From Priapulus caudatus (Eukaryota), in contig NW_014577071.1 in assembly GCF_000485595.1 (NCBI RefSeq), positions 447,213 through 511,212 on the forward strand: a stretch of DNA of 64,000 nt, in the 5' to 3' direction. The translations under genes and the position numbers were made by a program. The notes under the pieces were generated by a model. The model did not search any database, was not told the origin of the DNA, and was given only the letters and a program-made list of their open reading frames with translations. The stretch's first letter is position 1. Each line of letters opens with the position of its first letter. This document shows, one piece after another, positions 39,101-54,100 of this stretch.

Positions 39101-39853
39101 ATACTAAACATCGGTACGCACAGCACGACGTTAGCTACAGCGCCTGGGGCGCGTTTCACAAACGTCCGTTCGCTATTTCTTCTCCGCTGTTTCCCCGAGT
39201 TGTCCGCTAAATAGCGGATCGGAGATGGGAATATATTTAAAATGTTTAAGGGACACGTACTATGTGATCACATTTACAACCGCAGAACTGAAATATACGT
39301 GTATAGAGTTCATAAAAATGCCGAAAGAACGTAAGAACGTAAAAAATCTCGCCGCCTGGTGATGAAATACTCCAACAATTTGCGTATACATTTCCAACTG
39401 CAAATAAAAGTACGAGGAGCGAAGTACAATCTCGTTAAAATGTGTACGCTTGAGCGTGCGCAGTCATCTCCCCCCTGAAAGAATGTCACGCTCAGGCCAT
39501 ACTGATGCTACCACTCATACGCGACTTTGATTTCGTAGTTTAGAGACAAGATTGTGAATGTTTTATGCGAGCCTGACGATGACCTCGCGTCTGTTGGATA
39601 CACTGCTAGTAGGTAAAAGCCTCCCACTTTGCAAACGCGTAGCATAGTCATCGATTACGTTGTTTACACCGTTTATAACGCGTTACACCATGCAGCGCAG
39701 CTTAGACATTGAACCCAATTATACCGAGCTACGGCGGTAACTATAAAAGTCGCACGATTGCTGAGAGTGAAGTGCGTGGCGATGGCTCGCGGTTATAAAT
39801 ACACGAGAGCAGCCGTGTGTGTACGTGTTCACTCGTGAGAGTTCTACGTTATA

Positions 39854-39970
39854 ATAATGAGGGCTTCGTACAATTTCAGTGCTCTTCGGCGGTTTACTGG
39901 CGATCTACATATTATGTTGATCGCCAGTAAACCGCCGAAAAGCACTGAAATTATACGAAGCCCTCATTAT
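39854..39970. mobile_element. 117-bp near-perfect foldback (palindromic MITE-like element)
   Basis: ataatgagggcttcgtacaatttcagtgctcttcggcggtttactggcgatc... / ...gatcgccagtaaaccgccgaaaagcactgaaattatacgaagccctcattat; arms about 58 bp with 3 mismatches. Confidence 0.8.
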
Positions 39971-41493
39971 CTCGAAATCTTGCTGAATTTTCTGAACCCT
40001 ATATATCGAATTGTTATATGTTAAACGTTAGGTAACCTGTCGCCGTTGATGTGATTGTGATGTTTGCGAATTTCACGGCAAAATGTGACTAGCAGATCGA
40101 GAGTTTAGTTTGGATTGGAATGGCTATGCTTGTAATCGTGTAATCGGGCCACAACTGCTGCAGGTCTCATAAAATTTGGTTAGTTAATTACACTCCCCGT
40201 TTACTGGCATCTCGCGTGAGAGACAGGTTGTAAAGAGTTATCACGCACTGACGTCACCTACCTCGGCGCATTTTAATATTTAGAATAATTAAAAATTGGT
40301 CTATGTTGGAAACGCCAGCTTACTAAACTAATATAAACTATCAATTCTTTACTACAGAACCCATAGAAACGAAATAATGTTTACAGGTAATTTACGAGTT
40401 TTTAAAACGAATACACTGCGCCAGTATATTTCTTCCAAGCATGTTATGTTTGTCAAATTGTACAATACACCAGGGAACAACTTGCGACGGCTGCCTTTTG
40501 ACGACCCTGTATCAAAGACATTCCGAATGGCATTCTTGTTTCAGCTACCACGGCGTAGTCGTGTGCGGGCGCACAATGCACTGCGCGTGGCTTGATGTAT
40601 GAACGCGTGTCTAAGACTCCCATTATAAGTAACATTTCTATGAGCTATTATTGAGTGTTCGCAACCCATGTGCCTTTATATGCCACACAGCAGACGCGCG
40701 CGTGTGTAATGGGTTTGGAAGAAATTTCATACCATCCGCTGACGCCCCTTGCCTGACAACATCTTTTATAGCCTTACCTTTTTCGGTGTGAAAGAATTTG
40801 ATCGGAGAAATATTATATTGCACGCTCGCCATTGAAGTGTACGTTGATATGAAATACGTTGGCATGCCCAATATACCCGTTTGAGATATGCAGCAAGACC
40901 AGCGCTTTAGAAACGTTTTGCGTTATCGGTAGATAGTAACGCCAATGGAAGGTATCATAAAATACAGATAGAGCGGTCGCCTGACCTAGCTCTAGCTGGT
41001 TTTGGATGCTGTATAATTATCAGCAGCTAATATCAGCTAATTGGATTCTAATCCCAACTAGCCATTTTGAGTGTTTCGCATATCTTGACGTCAGAAGAGG
41101 GGGGGGATGATGTTTTTTTTAGATGTGATTATTTTATTTCGTGAAGTGTTGAGTATGTGATAAGACTAGCGTTGGACGTTGGCGTTGGATTGCAGGTGTT
41201 GCTATCGCCGTGCAAGCATTATCATTGGTACTGTTGTCGTAGATGTATGTGTTGTTAGTATCGTAGGTGTACGTACCCTTGTATAACGGTTAGTGCCAGG
41301 ATTATTCCTGACCGTTGTCGCGTTGGCGGGTCCGCGTATAGACGTTTGTGCAATTGACGACAGTTTCGGTGGAAGGAATTTATGTCATCTTATGAATGCG
41401 AAGGTCTTTCATATTTATATTTGCGATATATATTAGGAGTAAATAATCACAAATTCTGATATGTATGTATATATAATGCGAGAGAGAGAGAGT

Positions 41494-42598
41494 GCTGTTT
41501 TTGTTGACGTAAAACCTGCAGCGAAATATTTAGTTGAATCAGAGTTGACTAGCCACAAGTTACCTGTCGCTTCTTACTATACGTGGCGACGTGAAATAGT
41601 CGTACAGAGCCTGGTCGGCCTAGGCTACAACTATAGCTACGATCTATACGCCTTGGTGCGGGTAAAATACCAGCCTTGAGAGATTCTCTAGCTTGAAAAA
41701 TTTCAGTAAAAAATTTCAGCCGAATCAGAGATGATCACTCGGCTGCAAAAGCTACGATTTTCGTCTGCACGCGGAGACGCGCGAGTCAGGAAACATACGC
41801 TAAAGTAACAGACTTAGTAGATTCTGGATGATAGAAATTTCAGGCGCACAACGTAAAAACTTGTATGCGGCGAACAACCGCATTCATTAAAGATTCCATT
41901 CTGCACGCTCTTTTCATCAATTGACAATATATAGTTTAAAACCATGCGACCGCATCATCGGAAGCGAGTTGCGGAAATCTAGTTATATAGCGATGGAATG
42001 CCATCCCAGTTTATAGCGCCTATACTGTAACAGACCTCTGCAGTAGGTGTCAGCGTTTCCGGCAGATGCAAGCAAGCCCTATTTGATGAACGGAGGTGGG
42101 AAATTAGTCACTACCAAACGCCGCCGGTAGTGAGCGCGCTCCAGATTTAGATTGGAAATCTCTCGCGCGCGATAACCAGTTAAGACGGTGGAATGTTGCC
42201 GCGTGCGTTTATTACCTGCCTGTAGCTGCCCCATCTCGTTAATGATATTCGCGAGGCGTTTCGACGGCGCCGATTTTAGACACGTGCGCGTGTGTATTGT
42301 AGGTGGCACGTCGCTGACTGCCGCGGCTCTGTCAGTTGTGTTAGTTGTGCGTTGATTGAGCTCAGAGTGGTGCTTAACACCAGTAATTCCTAGATAATCA
42401 CTCATAACACCGTTGCTAAACAGTCGCTAACACGTCATGGTTGCTAACACAGCGTCGCTAAACGTCATCGTTGCTAACACGCGGTATGGTGTAAAACGCC
42501 TGCGCACGAAGTGCGCTGAACTATGGCGGCGTTTTAAGTTTGTATAAATTTTTTGGGCACTAAGGCTTTGCGTTACTAGTTATCGTGTAAGACAAAAG
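41494..42598 (+). repeat. ~1.1 kb segment duplicated at 58162-59326, with an internal gctaacacgtc minisatellite
   Basis: Near-identical collinear sequence; the copies differ by a 66-bp + TSD insertion at 58313. Confidence 0.92.
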
Positions 42599-42611
42599 TA
42601 GACGATGAAGA

Positions 42612-42630
42612 CGAAGAGAGAGCGAACGAA

Positions 42631-42679
<49 letters not shown>

Positions 42680-42751
42680 GAGAACGAGCGAAAAATAACG
42701 AGAGATAGATAGATAGATAGACAGATACATCAATAGATAGATAGATACATC

Positions 42752-42788
<37 letters not shown>

Positions 42789-42948
42789 TATAGATAGATA
42801 GATGAGAGATCGATAGATCGATAGATCGATCGAATAGACCGATAGATCGATAGATAAGATAGATAGTATAGATAGATAGATATGATAGATAGATAGATAA
42901 AGTAGTATATATATGATAGAGACACACGAGAGAGAGAGAGAGAGAGAG
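42612..42948. repeat. (GA)n/(GATA)n compound microsatellite
   Basis: Directly visible; a (TA)n/(GATA)n tract also lies at 59337-59540. Confidence 0.93.
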
Positions 42949-43565
42949 TTGAAATTGAATTATACCGAGTATATTACTGGCATGCTATGCAACAGAGGGA
43001 CTATTCAGGATGCGCGTTAACATGTGTCAACGTGCGAATATTAGCAACCAGCGTCAATGCGTAACATACATCTGTCAACACGAGATTGAAGTTTGCACTC
43101 AGTACAAGATTAGTTTAGTCAGTGGTACGAGTCGTAAAAGAAAGTACTCTGTGAATTAGTACTCTCAAGAAATTCTACTAGTCGCCTACTTTAATATATC
43201 TCGTTTAGCTCTGAATGCCAATTTACTCCATTACGGCCCCCTGCGTACCAGTAAATATCGCCTAGTAGTACGAGCAAACACAACTAGGCAAGTTTGATAA
43301 AGATCGGGCGAAAATGATAGGAAAGGTATTTGGCAAACGCAAAATGATAAGATCCGGTTTCGACCATTCATTAGCACTTGTACTAAAACAGCGGGAGGGG
43401 AGGACAGGGTGGCGTTCGGCTACCCAATAAATGATATTGGTGGTGTTGTATATCTTTACTGTATGTTTCTCGTAACAGTGACAACCAGTATCAGTTTCTA
43501 GCCACAGTATTAACAACAGGAGTGGCGTAATATGTAGAAGATCGCATAATACATAATCATTATAT

Positions 43566-43616
43566 CAGGAGTGAATAATACTAGATTCTAATACACTCTA
43601 TTATCATTCACTCCTG
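43566..43616. mobile_element. CAGGAG hairpin footprint with 7-bp TSD attatat (copy at 50643-50693)
   Basis: attatat[caggagtgaataata...tattatcattcactcctg]attatat. Confidence 0.88.
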
Positions 43617-43975
43617 ATTATATTTATAGGATATAGAGCGCGGTATAATATATATTTTATAATTTCATTCCTGGTAGTATGTTTTGCGACACTAAACTGA
43701 ATATTCGAGCGAGATTTGTTTTTATTCACATAAACGTTTTAATGTTACCTGATGTTACGCGCACGAGAAAACGATGTATGAAAATGTAATCTTAGAATGT
43801 AAAATATATCAGTGGTTTCTTTGCTTTGATATTTTTGTACCAATGCGTCAGACTTGGAATTGGAATGACTGACTATACGATGCTTTAATAACAATAACAA
43901 CAACAACAATAATAATAATAATATCGAAAGATGTATTTTTTGCACATATATATACACACACACATATATATTATT

Positions 43976-44006
43976 CAAGAGCTAATAATACCTTATTATT
44001 AGCTCT

Positions 44007-44008
<2 letters not shown>
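43976..44008. mobile_element. CAAGAG hairpin footprint, 15-bp arms (copy at 51043-51075)
   Basis: caagagctaataata-cct-tattattagctcttg within (AT)n. Confidence 0.85.
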
Positions 44009-44052
<44 letters not shown>

Positions 44053-47000
44053 CTAATGTAAATAATTAGACATGNNNNNNNNNNNNNNNNNNNNNNNNNN
44101 NNNNNNNNNNNNNNNNNNNNNNNNNNNNNNNNNNNNNNNNNNNNNNNNNNNNNNNNNNNNNNNNNNNNNNNNNNNNNNNNNNNNNNNNNNNNNNNNNNNN
44201 NNNNNNNNNNNNNNNNNNNNNNNNNNNNNNNNNNNNNNNNNNNNNNNNNNNNNNNNNNNNNNNNNNNNNNNNNNNNNNNNNNNNNNNNNNNNNNNNNNNN
44301 NNNNNNNNNNNNNNNNNNNNNNNNNNNNNNNNNNNNNNNNNNNNNNNNNNNNNNNNNNNNNNNNNNNNNNNNNNNNNNNNNNNNNNNNNNNNNNNNNNNN
44401 NNNNNNNNNNNNNNNNNNNNNNNNNNNNNNNNNNNNNNNNNNNNNNNNNNNNNNNNNNNNNNNNNNNNNNNNNNNNNNNNNNNNNNNNNNNNNNNNNNNN
44501 NNNNNNNNNNNNNNNNNNNNNNNNNNNNNNNNNNNNNNNNNNNNNNNNNNNNNNNNNNNNNNNNNNNNNNNNNNNNNNNNNNNNNNNNNNNNNNNNNNNN
44601 NNNNNNNNNNNNNNNNNNNNNNNNNNNNNNNNNNNNNNNNNNNNNNNNNNNNNNNNNNNNNNNNNNNNNNNNNNNNNNNNNNNNNNNNNNNNNNNNNNNN
44701 NNNNNNNNNNNNNNNNNNNNNNNNNNNNNNNNNNNNNNNNNNNNNNNNNNNNNNNNNNNNNNNNNNNNNNNNNNNNNNNNNNNNNNNNNNNNNNNNNNNN
44801 NNNNNNNNNNNNNNNNNNNNNNNNNNNNNNNNNNNNNNNNTAATATTATATATATATATATAATATTATATATATATATTATATATATATGGATCACTAG
44901 GGTAAATGTTGAAACTTGAGCTAATTGAAAGTTAACGCGCAATAAATAGTTGTATTATTTGTGGAATAGTTTTCAGAGGGATTATTTTTGACATTTGCGA
45001 TGTTTAACAAAACTGCAAAATAAAGTTCCTCGTATACATCTATATAGTTAGTCGTTATTTTAGGCTTGAATTTTGAAAACGCTTGCAAATTGAGGTATCA
45101 TCATAGCTCCGTATACGGTACGACGCGGTTTTAACACGAGGCTTTAATTTTCTTGATGTAAGTGACGCTGTGCTTATATGCTATTCCGCCCTAATAGACA
45201 CGACATTTCACGCCTGTCTGTACAACGCAAAACGCGAAATATATCTACTTGCGCCGGCTTTGACGAAAATGTTTAATCAAGATCGAAACGCCGAACCGAC
45301 AAATATTATCTAACGCAGATAAAATTCAGCTGTTACGGCTATTTCAGGCCACTATATTATGATTGTCGTTGTTCGTTATAACTGTCCACAAGGCATGCAC
45401 CGGAGCTTCATCAAAGGTCGCGGGGTAGTAAGTGGCGTTCAACCTTGTGCAAGCGGACCACAACGTCGCTGTGGTAAGGTAATACGGAGTCATGCAGGTT
45501 AATACGCAGGTCGAACGAATGTGTCAAACCGTATCGTCGATTTTTACGAATTTATTTAAATAAATTCACACGTTGCGATATTATGTTAACTCTGAAATCC
45601 AGCGCTATTTCTCTGCGGTTTCACATCTACGATTGCTTTTTAGAGATTAAATTAGAATTTCTCTTTCCGCCTTTCGTGAAATACCTCTGCTTATGACACG
45701 TAAAAGGAAGTATTGTTCCTACGAAAAACAACTTATATTATTATTCTTATTTTTATTTTTTATTAAGATTTCCTTTGCGGCTATAGATTCATTTTTCTCC
45801 TCAACCGTAAAAGAAAGGTATTAGCTTCATACGAAAAACAATGATTATTATCAATAAAAATTCACTAAATTTAAAGAAATCCCTTTAGTTCACCTGCATT
45901 ATATTTGTTGGCAAATTAAACAGCAAGGGTCACAGCATTCTGCCATATTGCCGTCTGTTGAGAGGCACTGATTACGTAGCACATGGACTCGCGTGACCCG
46001 CAAAATACTGTAATGAGAACTAATGAAGTCCTGTCATTGTTGTAGGCCCGTGTAATTGGTTGGTTGTGTTGTGTGTATACATATTTGTTTGCCAATTTGA
46101 TGTGTGTTAATCGATCGGACGACGCGTACTACGCCTTCTACGTCTCTTAACTCTATTAGCTTTTTAAACCGACAATAGTGAGTGCACGTTCGTATGCTAC
46201 AGCTACGGTTCTTGATTGAATTGTGTCTTGTGATAACTGGACATTCATGTTAAATCAGCTAGTGCAGCCATTTGGAGTGTGTTGTGTGTGTGGGCGTGTA
46301 TTTGTGGAGTCCCTGGTCGCGACCCCAAACGTAGTCTTATGGCATCGGGGGTGACAGCGCGATTTTCGATGAGAGGGGTTAAATAGAATTCAACAAACAT
46401 GTTATTTTTTTTGATTTTGTCCACGCGGTCACTACGCGAAATACTGACTTTTAGTTTCTACGCTGTTACTGTATGCAGTGAAGGCGAAAAAATATGCTCT
46501 ACATCAGTGCGTCATCGTGCATAAATAGGTTCTCACATCTACATTGCAGGTACTTATTCGCAATAATTATCACTAGAAGAAGTGCTGAGTACTGGTTGGA
46601 ATTCAATAATAGCCATTCATAGCTGATTTAGCCCTTAAATGCTCAAACACGTCATAGTAATTCGTTTGAAAATGGCTATGATTTGGATAAAAGACGGCAT
46701 GAATTGCGACTATGACGATAAAAATGATTGAACAACCGCAAATGAAGGGAACACAGGACGTTTCATATGAATCGATCGTTAATTGTTCGACGATCTCATG
46801 AAGCGTTGGAACCAAGACATGTGTTGGGAACGAATAAATTTACTGAAACACCAGAGTCAACATTTCTAAATATATAATTTAGTGTTTGATATCGATATTA
46901 TCCTTACACGCGAGTGTATCGTTTAGCAGGCATGATAATTCGTTTCGAAAATGCTGCCGTATAGTTTCCCGATTGACCAGAAACAAGTATAGTTGCCTAC

Positions 47001-49997
47001 AATCATTCGTAATGTACCCCAGCACATGGATTGCGAGCACAACTGTGTCAAAGGTCGGCGCCTATTAATCCATAAGCCGAACTGAGGTTATCGCAAGTTT
47101 CGTTGATTCTGGGGTAGGGCTGCCAGAAGACCTTTCGACGTGACCGATTGTGTCCGAGGGGTACGTAAGGTTCGGCCAGTACGCAATCCACGTGATCGAC
47201 ACGTGAATAGGTCGTGACGTAGTAGGTTCGTGGGGGGCAGCTGTAGTGCGTCCAGGAAACGAACCGGAGGTGTCTTCATTTCGTTTCGCGCCATCTGCTT
47301 TTCTTTTTTTGAAATCGCAAATTTGGATGTTTTATTTCGTATGTTTCGCTCCACGCTTCGTGAGTTCAGATACAGAGATGCAGAAAGCGGCGCCACCTGT
47401 GGTGCAGAGGCTGCGATGCGGGGCCTGTCAAATCTCTTTGTAGTCGGACCGTCAGACGGCGCCGAAATAATTATTGAATTATTCAGCGGGTATTTTGCTT
47501 CGCAGCGAAAAATTCCTCATTTAAAAGATACAGTTTGAGGATGACAACCCGTCGATGTAAAAACGAATAAAACACAGGACTCACTCATGCCTTAAAGATT
47601 CGCATTGAGTACAACCAACCAAACGCCCTGCGCCGTAGCGTGCACGCATACCAATAGTCAGCCACGGAGCAACGCACTCTTGCACGCCCATAAATGTTCG
47701 CCTGCGCACGCGACACCATCACGTAACGGACACACTTCTTGCACGCAGCGCCACAGTTCGTTACGCACGCACTCTTGCACGCACACACTTGCAACGCGCT
47801 TTCTCGCACACGCGCGCTACCGCGCAGTACAGCCGCACTCAAGCGACTACGGGAGTACAGCGCCAGTTGTCCACAATAATTTGCTCGGATTTTGCATCAA
47901 GGCACGCGAGCGGCCCACAACGATTTTCGGCCGGCGCGAAATGCAGGTTCGTGCATGGCCTAACAGAACTCACGCGGCGCGGCCGCGCATTTTTCTGTTC
48001 TACCCGAAGCCGAGCAGAAAAGACGTGGGCTCGTCACGGAAAACCCCATTGTGTGCGGCGACTGGCGCCCACCCGAGCGCTTTCGCTGCAGGCGAAGCTC
48101 CGAGCTATGCATGAATCTTTTACAGGCGTCCTTCCATAGAGTGTACTCACGTCTATTGCGTCCGATGATTTGGCTTAGCTCTAAAGATGTTTTATAGAAT
48201 GGTAAATTGATTCACGTTATTACTTTGCGAATAAGGGTCGAATGCCGGTCACGCGCTTTCGATTCCTTAAGTGGTTAATGCGGGATTGGGAACGGTGATA
48301 CTGCTGATTTTAGGCGATCTCGGTAGTTTTGGATTAATTTGCTATGAGGCTCACTGCGTCGTGCAACTTATATTCATGTAATTCCGAACCGAGTCGCGAC
48401 GTGGACTGGGGCCACTTTGGAACAACAATGCGTGGCGCTTATTTTATTGGGTCATGGTGATTTGCGGTTTCAGTGGGCCGAATGTACTCGTGTTAAATAA
48501 GAATAAATTAAACACGAACTTATTATTAAAGGATACAAATGAATACTAACAATAAATAACAACAATAAATTAATTTCGTGTGGCAGATTGAACACCACAC
48601 AGACCCCCCTGTATGTTAGAGTGAAATGTAAGATTTTATATATATCATGACCTGAACAAAAGCTTGAATGGTAGTTCTGCAAAGCCAAGCTGTAAGGAAT
48701 ATTTGGCATATTCCCCACCATATAATCAGGGAAACGTACGAATTAGCTCAGGGCTATGTTAGTAACTCGACGAAAACTAGAATAACGTGAATATAATCGC
48801 ACGTTAACATCACCGGCTGACAAATGCGAATTTCGACGACAATACATAGCTGTAAAGCGAACTGAAAAATTATCAAAAGCTCGCGGTCTTTTATAAATAA
48901 AGAAAAGCCTTATCACAGTTCCATTGTGTTTACACTTTGTCAACAGGAGATAGAGTTCTGTTCTAATGTTCGGGGGAGGATATCCGGTCTAAAAAATAGG
49001 ACCGGCCATCTGGCTATTCTCTCACTTAGAAAAGGTCCGGGTTAATTAACAAAATTACACAAATTACATGGTATATGCACGAGTGATTATTATTTAACAA
49101 GTTTCACGGTTTTGTCACGGGTGCAGCGTCCCTGCTGCTTACTCTAAAGCTCACGCTAGTTTGTGATGCATAGCACAACGCGCTACTACATTCATACAGC
49201 ATCCCGGCTGCGTTAGCATGCCTCTATCGCGCCCTGATCGATTAGCCTAATCGATGTCTGTGTTCGATTAGCTTAAGCGATGAGAGTGACCGATCAATAA
49301 TTATTATCGAGCGTGATTGATTAATTATAAGCGCGACTGGTAAATGAGAGTGATTGGATATGTGCCTCGTGGAGCTTTATTTACGAGTAAGGCTGCTTTC
49401 ATACGCGTTTTAATAACGATCGAATACGTGTAAATATATATTATTAAAATGTTCGCTTTTTTTATCTGAGCACTTTGTAGCATTTTACACTGGCCAAACT
49501 GGAAGTTGAAATTCTTCCAAAAAATATCAAAACTAGCTCTACGTTCTCGTGCCGCAATTGTTGCCATGCGACGAATGCCAGGGCATGCTCTAACAGTGTG
49601 CCAAAGCTCATGCTTGTATCATCAAAGTCACAATTCCTTCCAATATTACACATATCTGCCGGGCTATATGCTGCTATATAGGCTTAGAATTTGGTTCGGC
49701 GTTTTTTGCAAAAAGACACCATTATTTGGAAAGTAATAACGGATACATGATGCGGATGTGAAATGATAACGCTGCCCCGATGATGCTCAAGCGGATGTAC
49801 GAATACTCATCTATAATTATTCGGTGTCTAGCTCATATCGCTCTAGGTTAAGGGTCGGAAGGAATCGGAGTTAAAGAGCAGTTCAGATGCGATGTGGTAA
49901 GCTTCTGCGGTTAGATTACCAAGGTTCCTGTTCAATTGGAGATTTCCTTTGCAACTGTGGGCTACGATGCATTCATAGCGTAGTGAGCACTTATAAA

Positions 49998-50004
<7 letters not shown>

Positions 50005-50028
<24 letters not shown>

Positions 50029-51073
50029 TTGAAACTTGAATGTATACCGAGTATATTACTGCATGCTACTGCAACAGAGGGACTATTCAGATGCGCGTTA
50101 ACATGTGTCAACGTGCGAATATTAGCAAACCAGCGTCAATGCGTAACATACATCTGTCAACACGAGATTGAAGTTTGCACTCAGTACAAGATTAGTTAGT
50201 CAGTGGTACGAGTCGTAAAAGAAAGTACTCTGTGAATTAGTACTCTCAAGAAATTCGTACTAGTCGCCTACTTTAATATATCTCGTTTAGCTCTAATGCC
50301 AATATTTACTCCATTACGGCCCCCTGCGTACCAGTAAATATCGCTAGTAGTACCAGCAAACACAACTAGGCAAGTTTGATAAAGATCGGGCGAAATGATA
50401 AGAAAGGTATTGGCAAACGCAAATGATAAGATCCGGTTCGACCATCATTAGCACTTGTACTAAAACAGCGGGAGGGGAGGACAGGGGTGGCGTTCGGCTA
50501 CCCAATAAATGATATTGGTGGTGTTGTATATCTTTACTGTATGTTTCTCGTACAGTGACAACCAGTATCAGTTTCTAGCCACAGTATTAACAACAGGAGT
50601 GGCGTAATATGTAGAAGATCGCATAATACATAATCATTATATCAGGAGTGAATAATACTAGATTCTAATACACTCTATTATCATTCACTCCTGATTATAT
50701 TTATAGGATATAGAGCGCGGTATAATATATATTTTTATAATGTCATTCCTGGTAGTATGTTTTGCGACACTAAACTGAATATTCGAGCGAGATTTGTTTT
50801 TATTCACATAAACGTTTTAATGTTACGCGCACGAGAAAACGATGTATGAAAATGTAATCTTAGAATGTAAAATATACAGTGGTTTCTTTGCTTTGATATT
50901 TTTGTACCAATGCGTCAGACTTGGAATTGGAATGACTGACTATACGATGCTTTAAAACAATAACAACAACAACAATAATAATAATAATATCGAAAAGATG
51001 TATTTTTTGCACATATATATACACACACACATATATATATATCAAGAGCTAATAATACCTTATTATTAGCTCT

Positions 51074-51122
<49 letters not shown>

Positions 51123-54100
51123 GATCACTAGGGTAATGTTGAAACTTGGCTAATGAAAGTTAACCGCAATAATAGTTGATTATTGGTGGAATAGTTGTTC
51201 AGGGGAATTTTTAACATTTGCGATTTTAACAAAACGCAAAATAAAAGTTCCTTATATCACTATATAGTTAGTCGTTATTTTAAGAGCTTGAATTTTGAAA
51301 CGCTTGAAAATGATGTATCATCATAGCTCTGTAAGGTACGACGCGAGTTTACACGAGGCTTTAATTTTGATTAAGTGACCGCTGTCTTATATGCTTTCCG
51401 CCTATACGACAAACGATTTCACGCTGTCTGTACAACAAACGCGAAATATATTACTGCGCCGCTTTGACGAAAATGTTTAATCAAGATCCGAACCCGAACC
51501 GACAAATATTATTAACGCAGAAAAAATCACACGGCCAGCCACTATATTATGATTGACGTTGTGTTATAACTGTCACAAGGCATGCACCGGAGATTCATCA
51601 AGAGGGGGGGGGTAGTAAGTGGCGTAAACCTTGTGCAAGCGGCGTCGCTTGGTACAGGTATACGAGTCATGCAGGTAATACGCAGGTGTGTAAACCGTAC
51701 GTCGCTTTTACGAATATTAAAAAATCACACGCTTGCGATATTATGTTACTCTGAAATCCAACGCTATTTCTCTGCGTTCACTCTACGATTTTAGAGTTAA
51801 ATTAGATCTCTTTCGCGCGTGAATCACCTCTGCTTATGACCGTAAAATGAAGTATTGTTTCCTACGAAAAACAACTTTATTATTATTTTATTTTTTATTT
51901 TTTATTAAGATCTTCTTTGCGCATGATTTATTTTTCTCCTCAACCGTAAAAGAAAGTATTGCTTCATACGAAAAACCAACTGAATTATTATAATAAAAAT
52001 TCACTAAATTAAAAAAATCCCTTTAGTTCACCTGCCATTTATTTGTTGGCAATAAACAGCAAGGGTCAAGCATTCTGCATATTCGCCGTCTGTTGACGAG
52101 GCACTGATTACGTAGCACATGACCTCGCGTGACCCGACAAATAACTGTAATGAGACTAATGAAGTCCTGTCAAGTTTTACCTGTCAAGGTGTACAGCCGC
52201 CAAGGCATTAATCGATACACGAACGCGTACACGCAATTCACGCTCTACTCATTAGCATTTTAAACCGAACAAAGTGATGCAGTCGTAATGCTACAGCTAG
52301 TCTGATTGAATTGTGTTTGTGATAACCCCACATTCATGTTAAATTCAGCTGTTGCAGCATTGATTTGCTTATGACCCTGGTCGCGACCCACAAACGTAGT
52401 CTTATGGCATCGGTGACAGCGCGATTTCTAACTTAAATAAGAAATTCAATACGGGGTATCACACAAATGTTATTTTTTTGATTTCTGATTACCACGCAGT
52501 CACACGCGAAATCTGACTTTTAGTTCTACGCTGTACTGTATCAGAGGAAAAATATGCTTACATCAGTGCAGTCATCGTGGCATAATAGTTTCTCACATCT
52601 ACATTGCGGTACTATCGCAATATATTATCACAAGAAGAATGCTGAGTACTGGTTGGAATTCAATAAATAGCCATTAGGCTGATTAGCCCTTAAATGCTCA
52701 AACACGCTCATGTAATTCGTTTGAAAATGAGCATGATTTGGATAAAGACGGCCAATGAATTAGCGTATAGCGATAAAAATAATTGAAACCTCAAAGAGGA
52801 CAAGGACGTTTCATATGAATCGATCGTTTTGTTCGAACGTATCTCATGAGCGTGGAAACCAAGACATGTGTTTGGGAACAATAATTTACTGAACACCAGG
52901 TCAACATTTCTAATATATATTTAGTGTTTGATATCGATATTATCCTTACACGCGAGTGATCCGTTTAGGCAGGCATATAATTTTTTCGAAGCTGCCGTAT
53001 AGTTTCCGATGACAGAAACAAGTTAGTTGCTACAAATCCATTCGTAAGTATCCAGCCACATGACTGCCGAGCACAACGTGTCAAGGTCGCGCCTATTAAT
53101 CCATAAGCGAACTGGGTTATCGCAGTTCGTTGATTCTGGGTAGGGCTGCCAGAAGACCTTTCGAGTGACCGAGTGTGCCGAGGGTACGTAAGGTTGGCCA
53201 CGTACGCATCCACGTGATCGCACGTGATCAGGTCGTGACGTAGTAGTTCGTGGGGGCAGCTAGTGTGCGTAGGAACGAACCAGGGAGTGTTCATCGTTCG
53301 CGCATCTGCCTTCTTCTTTTTTTGAAATCGCAAATTTGGATGTTTTACTTCGTATGTTTCGTCCACGCCTTCGTGAGTTCAGATAAGAGATGCAGAAAGC
53401 GCGTGTGGTGCAGGGGCGAGCGCCTGTCAATCTTTTGTACGGACCTCGCGCGAAATAATAATTATTATTCGCGGTATTTGCTTCCAGCGAAAATCCTCTT
53501 TAAAAATACAGTTGAGATGAAACCCGTCGTGTAAAACCGAATAAAACACAGACTCACTCATGCTAAAGATTCGCATCTGGTAAACCCAACAAACGCCCGC
53601 GCGTAAGCGTGCACGCACACCATAGTACACGCACGCACTCTTGCACGCATGTTCGCGCGCACGCACACCATCGTAAACGGACACACTCTTGCACGCACGC
53701 ACGTTCGTACGCACGCACTCTTGCACGCACACACTTGCACGCGCTTTCTCGCACACGCGCTACCGCGCATACAGCCGCATAAGCGCCTACGGGGTACACG
53801 CAGTTTCCACATAATTGCTCGATTTTGCATCAAGGCAGCGAGCGGCCCACACGATTTTCGGCCGGCGCGATGCAGTTCGTGCATGGCTAACAGAACTCAC
53901 GCGCGCGCGCGCATTTTCTTTCTCCCCGAGCCGAGCAGAAAAGACGTGGGCTCGTCACGAAAACCCCCATTGTGTGCGCACTGGCGGCCCACCCGACGCT
54001 TTGTGCACGAAGCTCCGGCATGCATGAATCTTTTACAAGCGTCTTCCATAGTGTGACCACGTCTAATTCGCGATGATTGGCTTAGCTCTAAAGAGTTTTA

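Larger units (their letters stand above)
42928..48828 (+). repeat. Segment duplicated at 50005-54690 (contains N-gap 44075-44840)
   Basis: Collinear match from (GA)n-gttgaaa...tataccgagt to ...acgttaacatcacc..tgacaaatgcg. Confidence 0.92.

Noticed and set aside
40638..40871. Minus-strand MASVQYNISPIKFFHTEK followed by a G|GTAAGG donor as a possible first exon
   Set aside because: Too short, with no downstream exon or recognisable domain.
43971..44942. Long ORFs (323 and 263 aa; also 7271-7825)
   Set aside because: Composed of N-gap positions.
49880..50004. Possible decayed tRNA-derived SINE (A/B-box-like motifs; similar hints near 37050 and 56725)
   Set aside because: Boxes too degenerate; no cloverleaf, TSD or second copy in the window.
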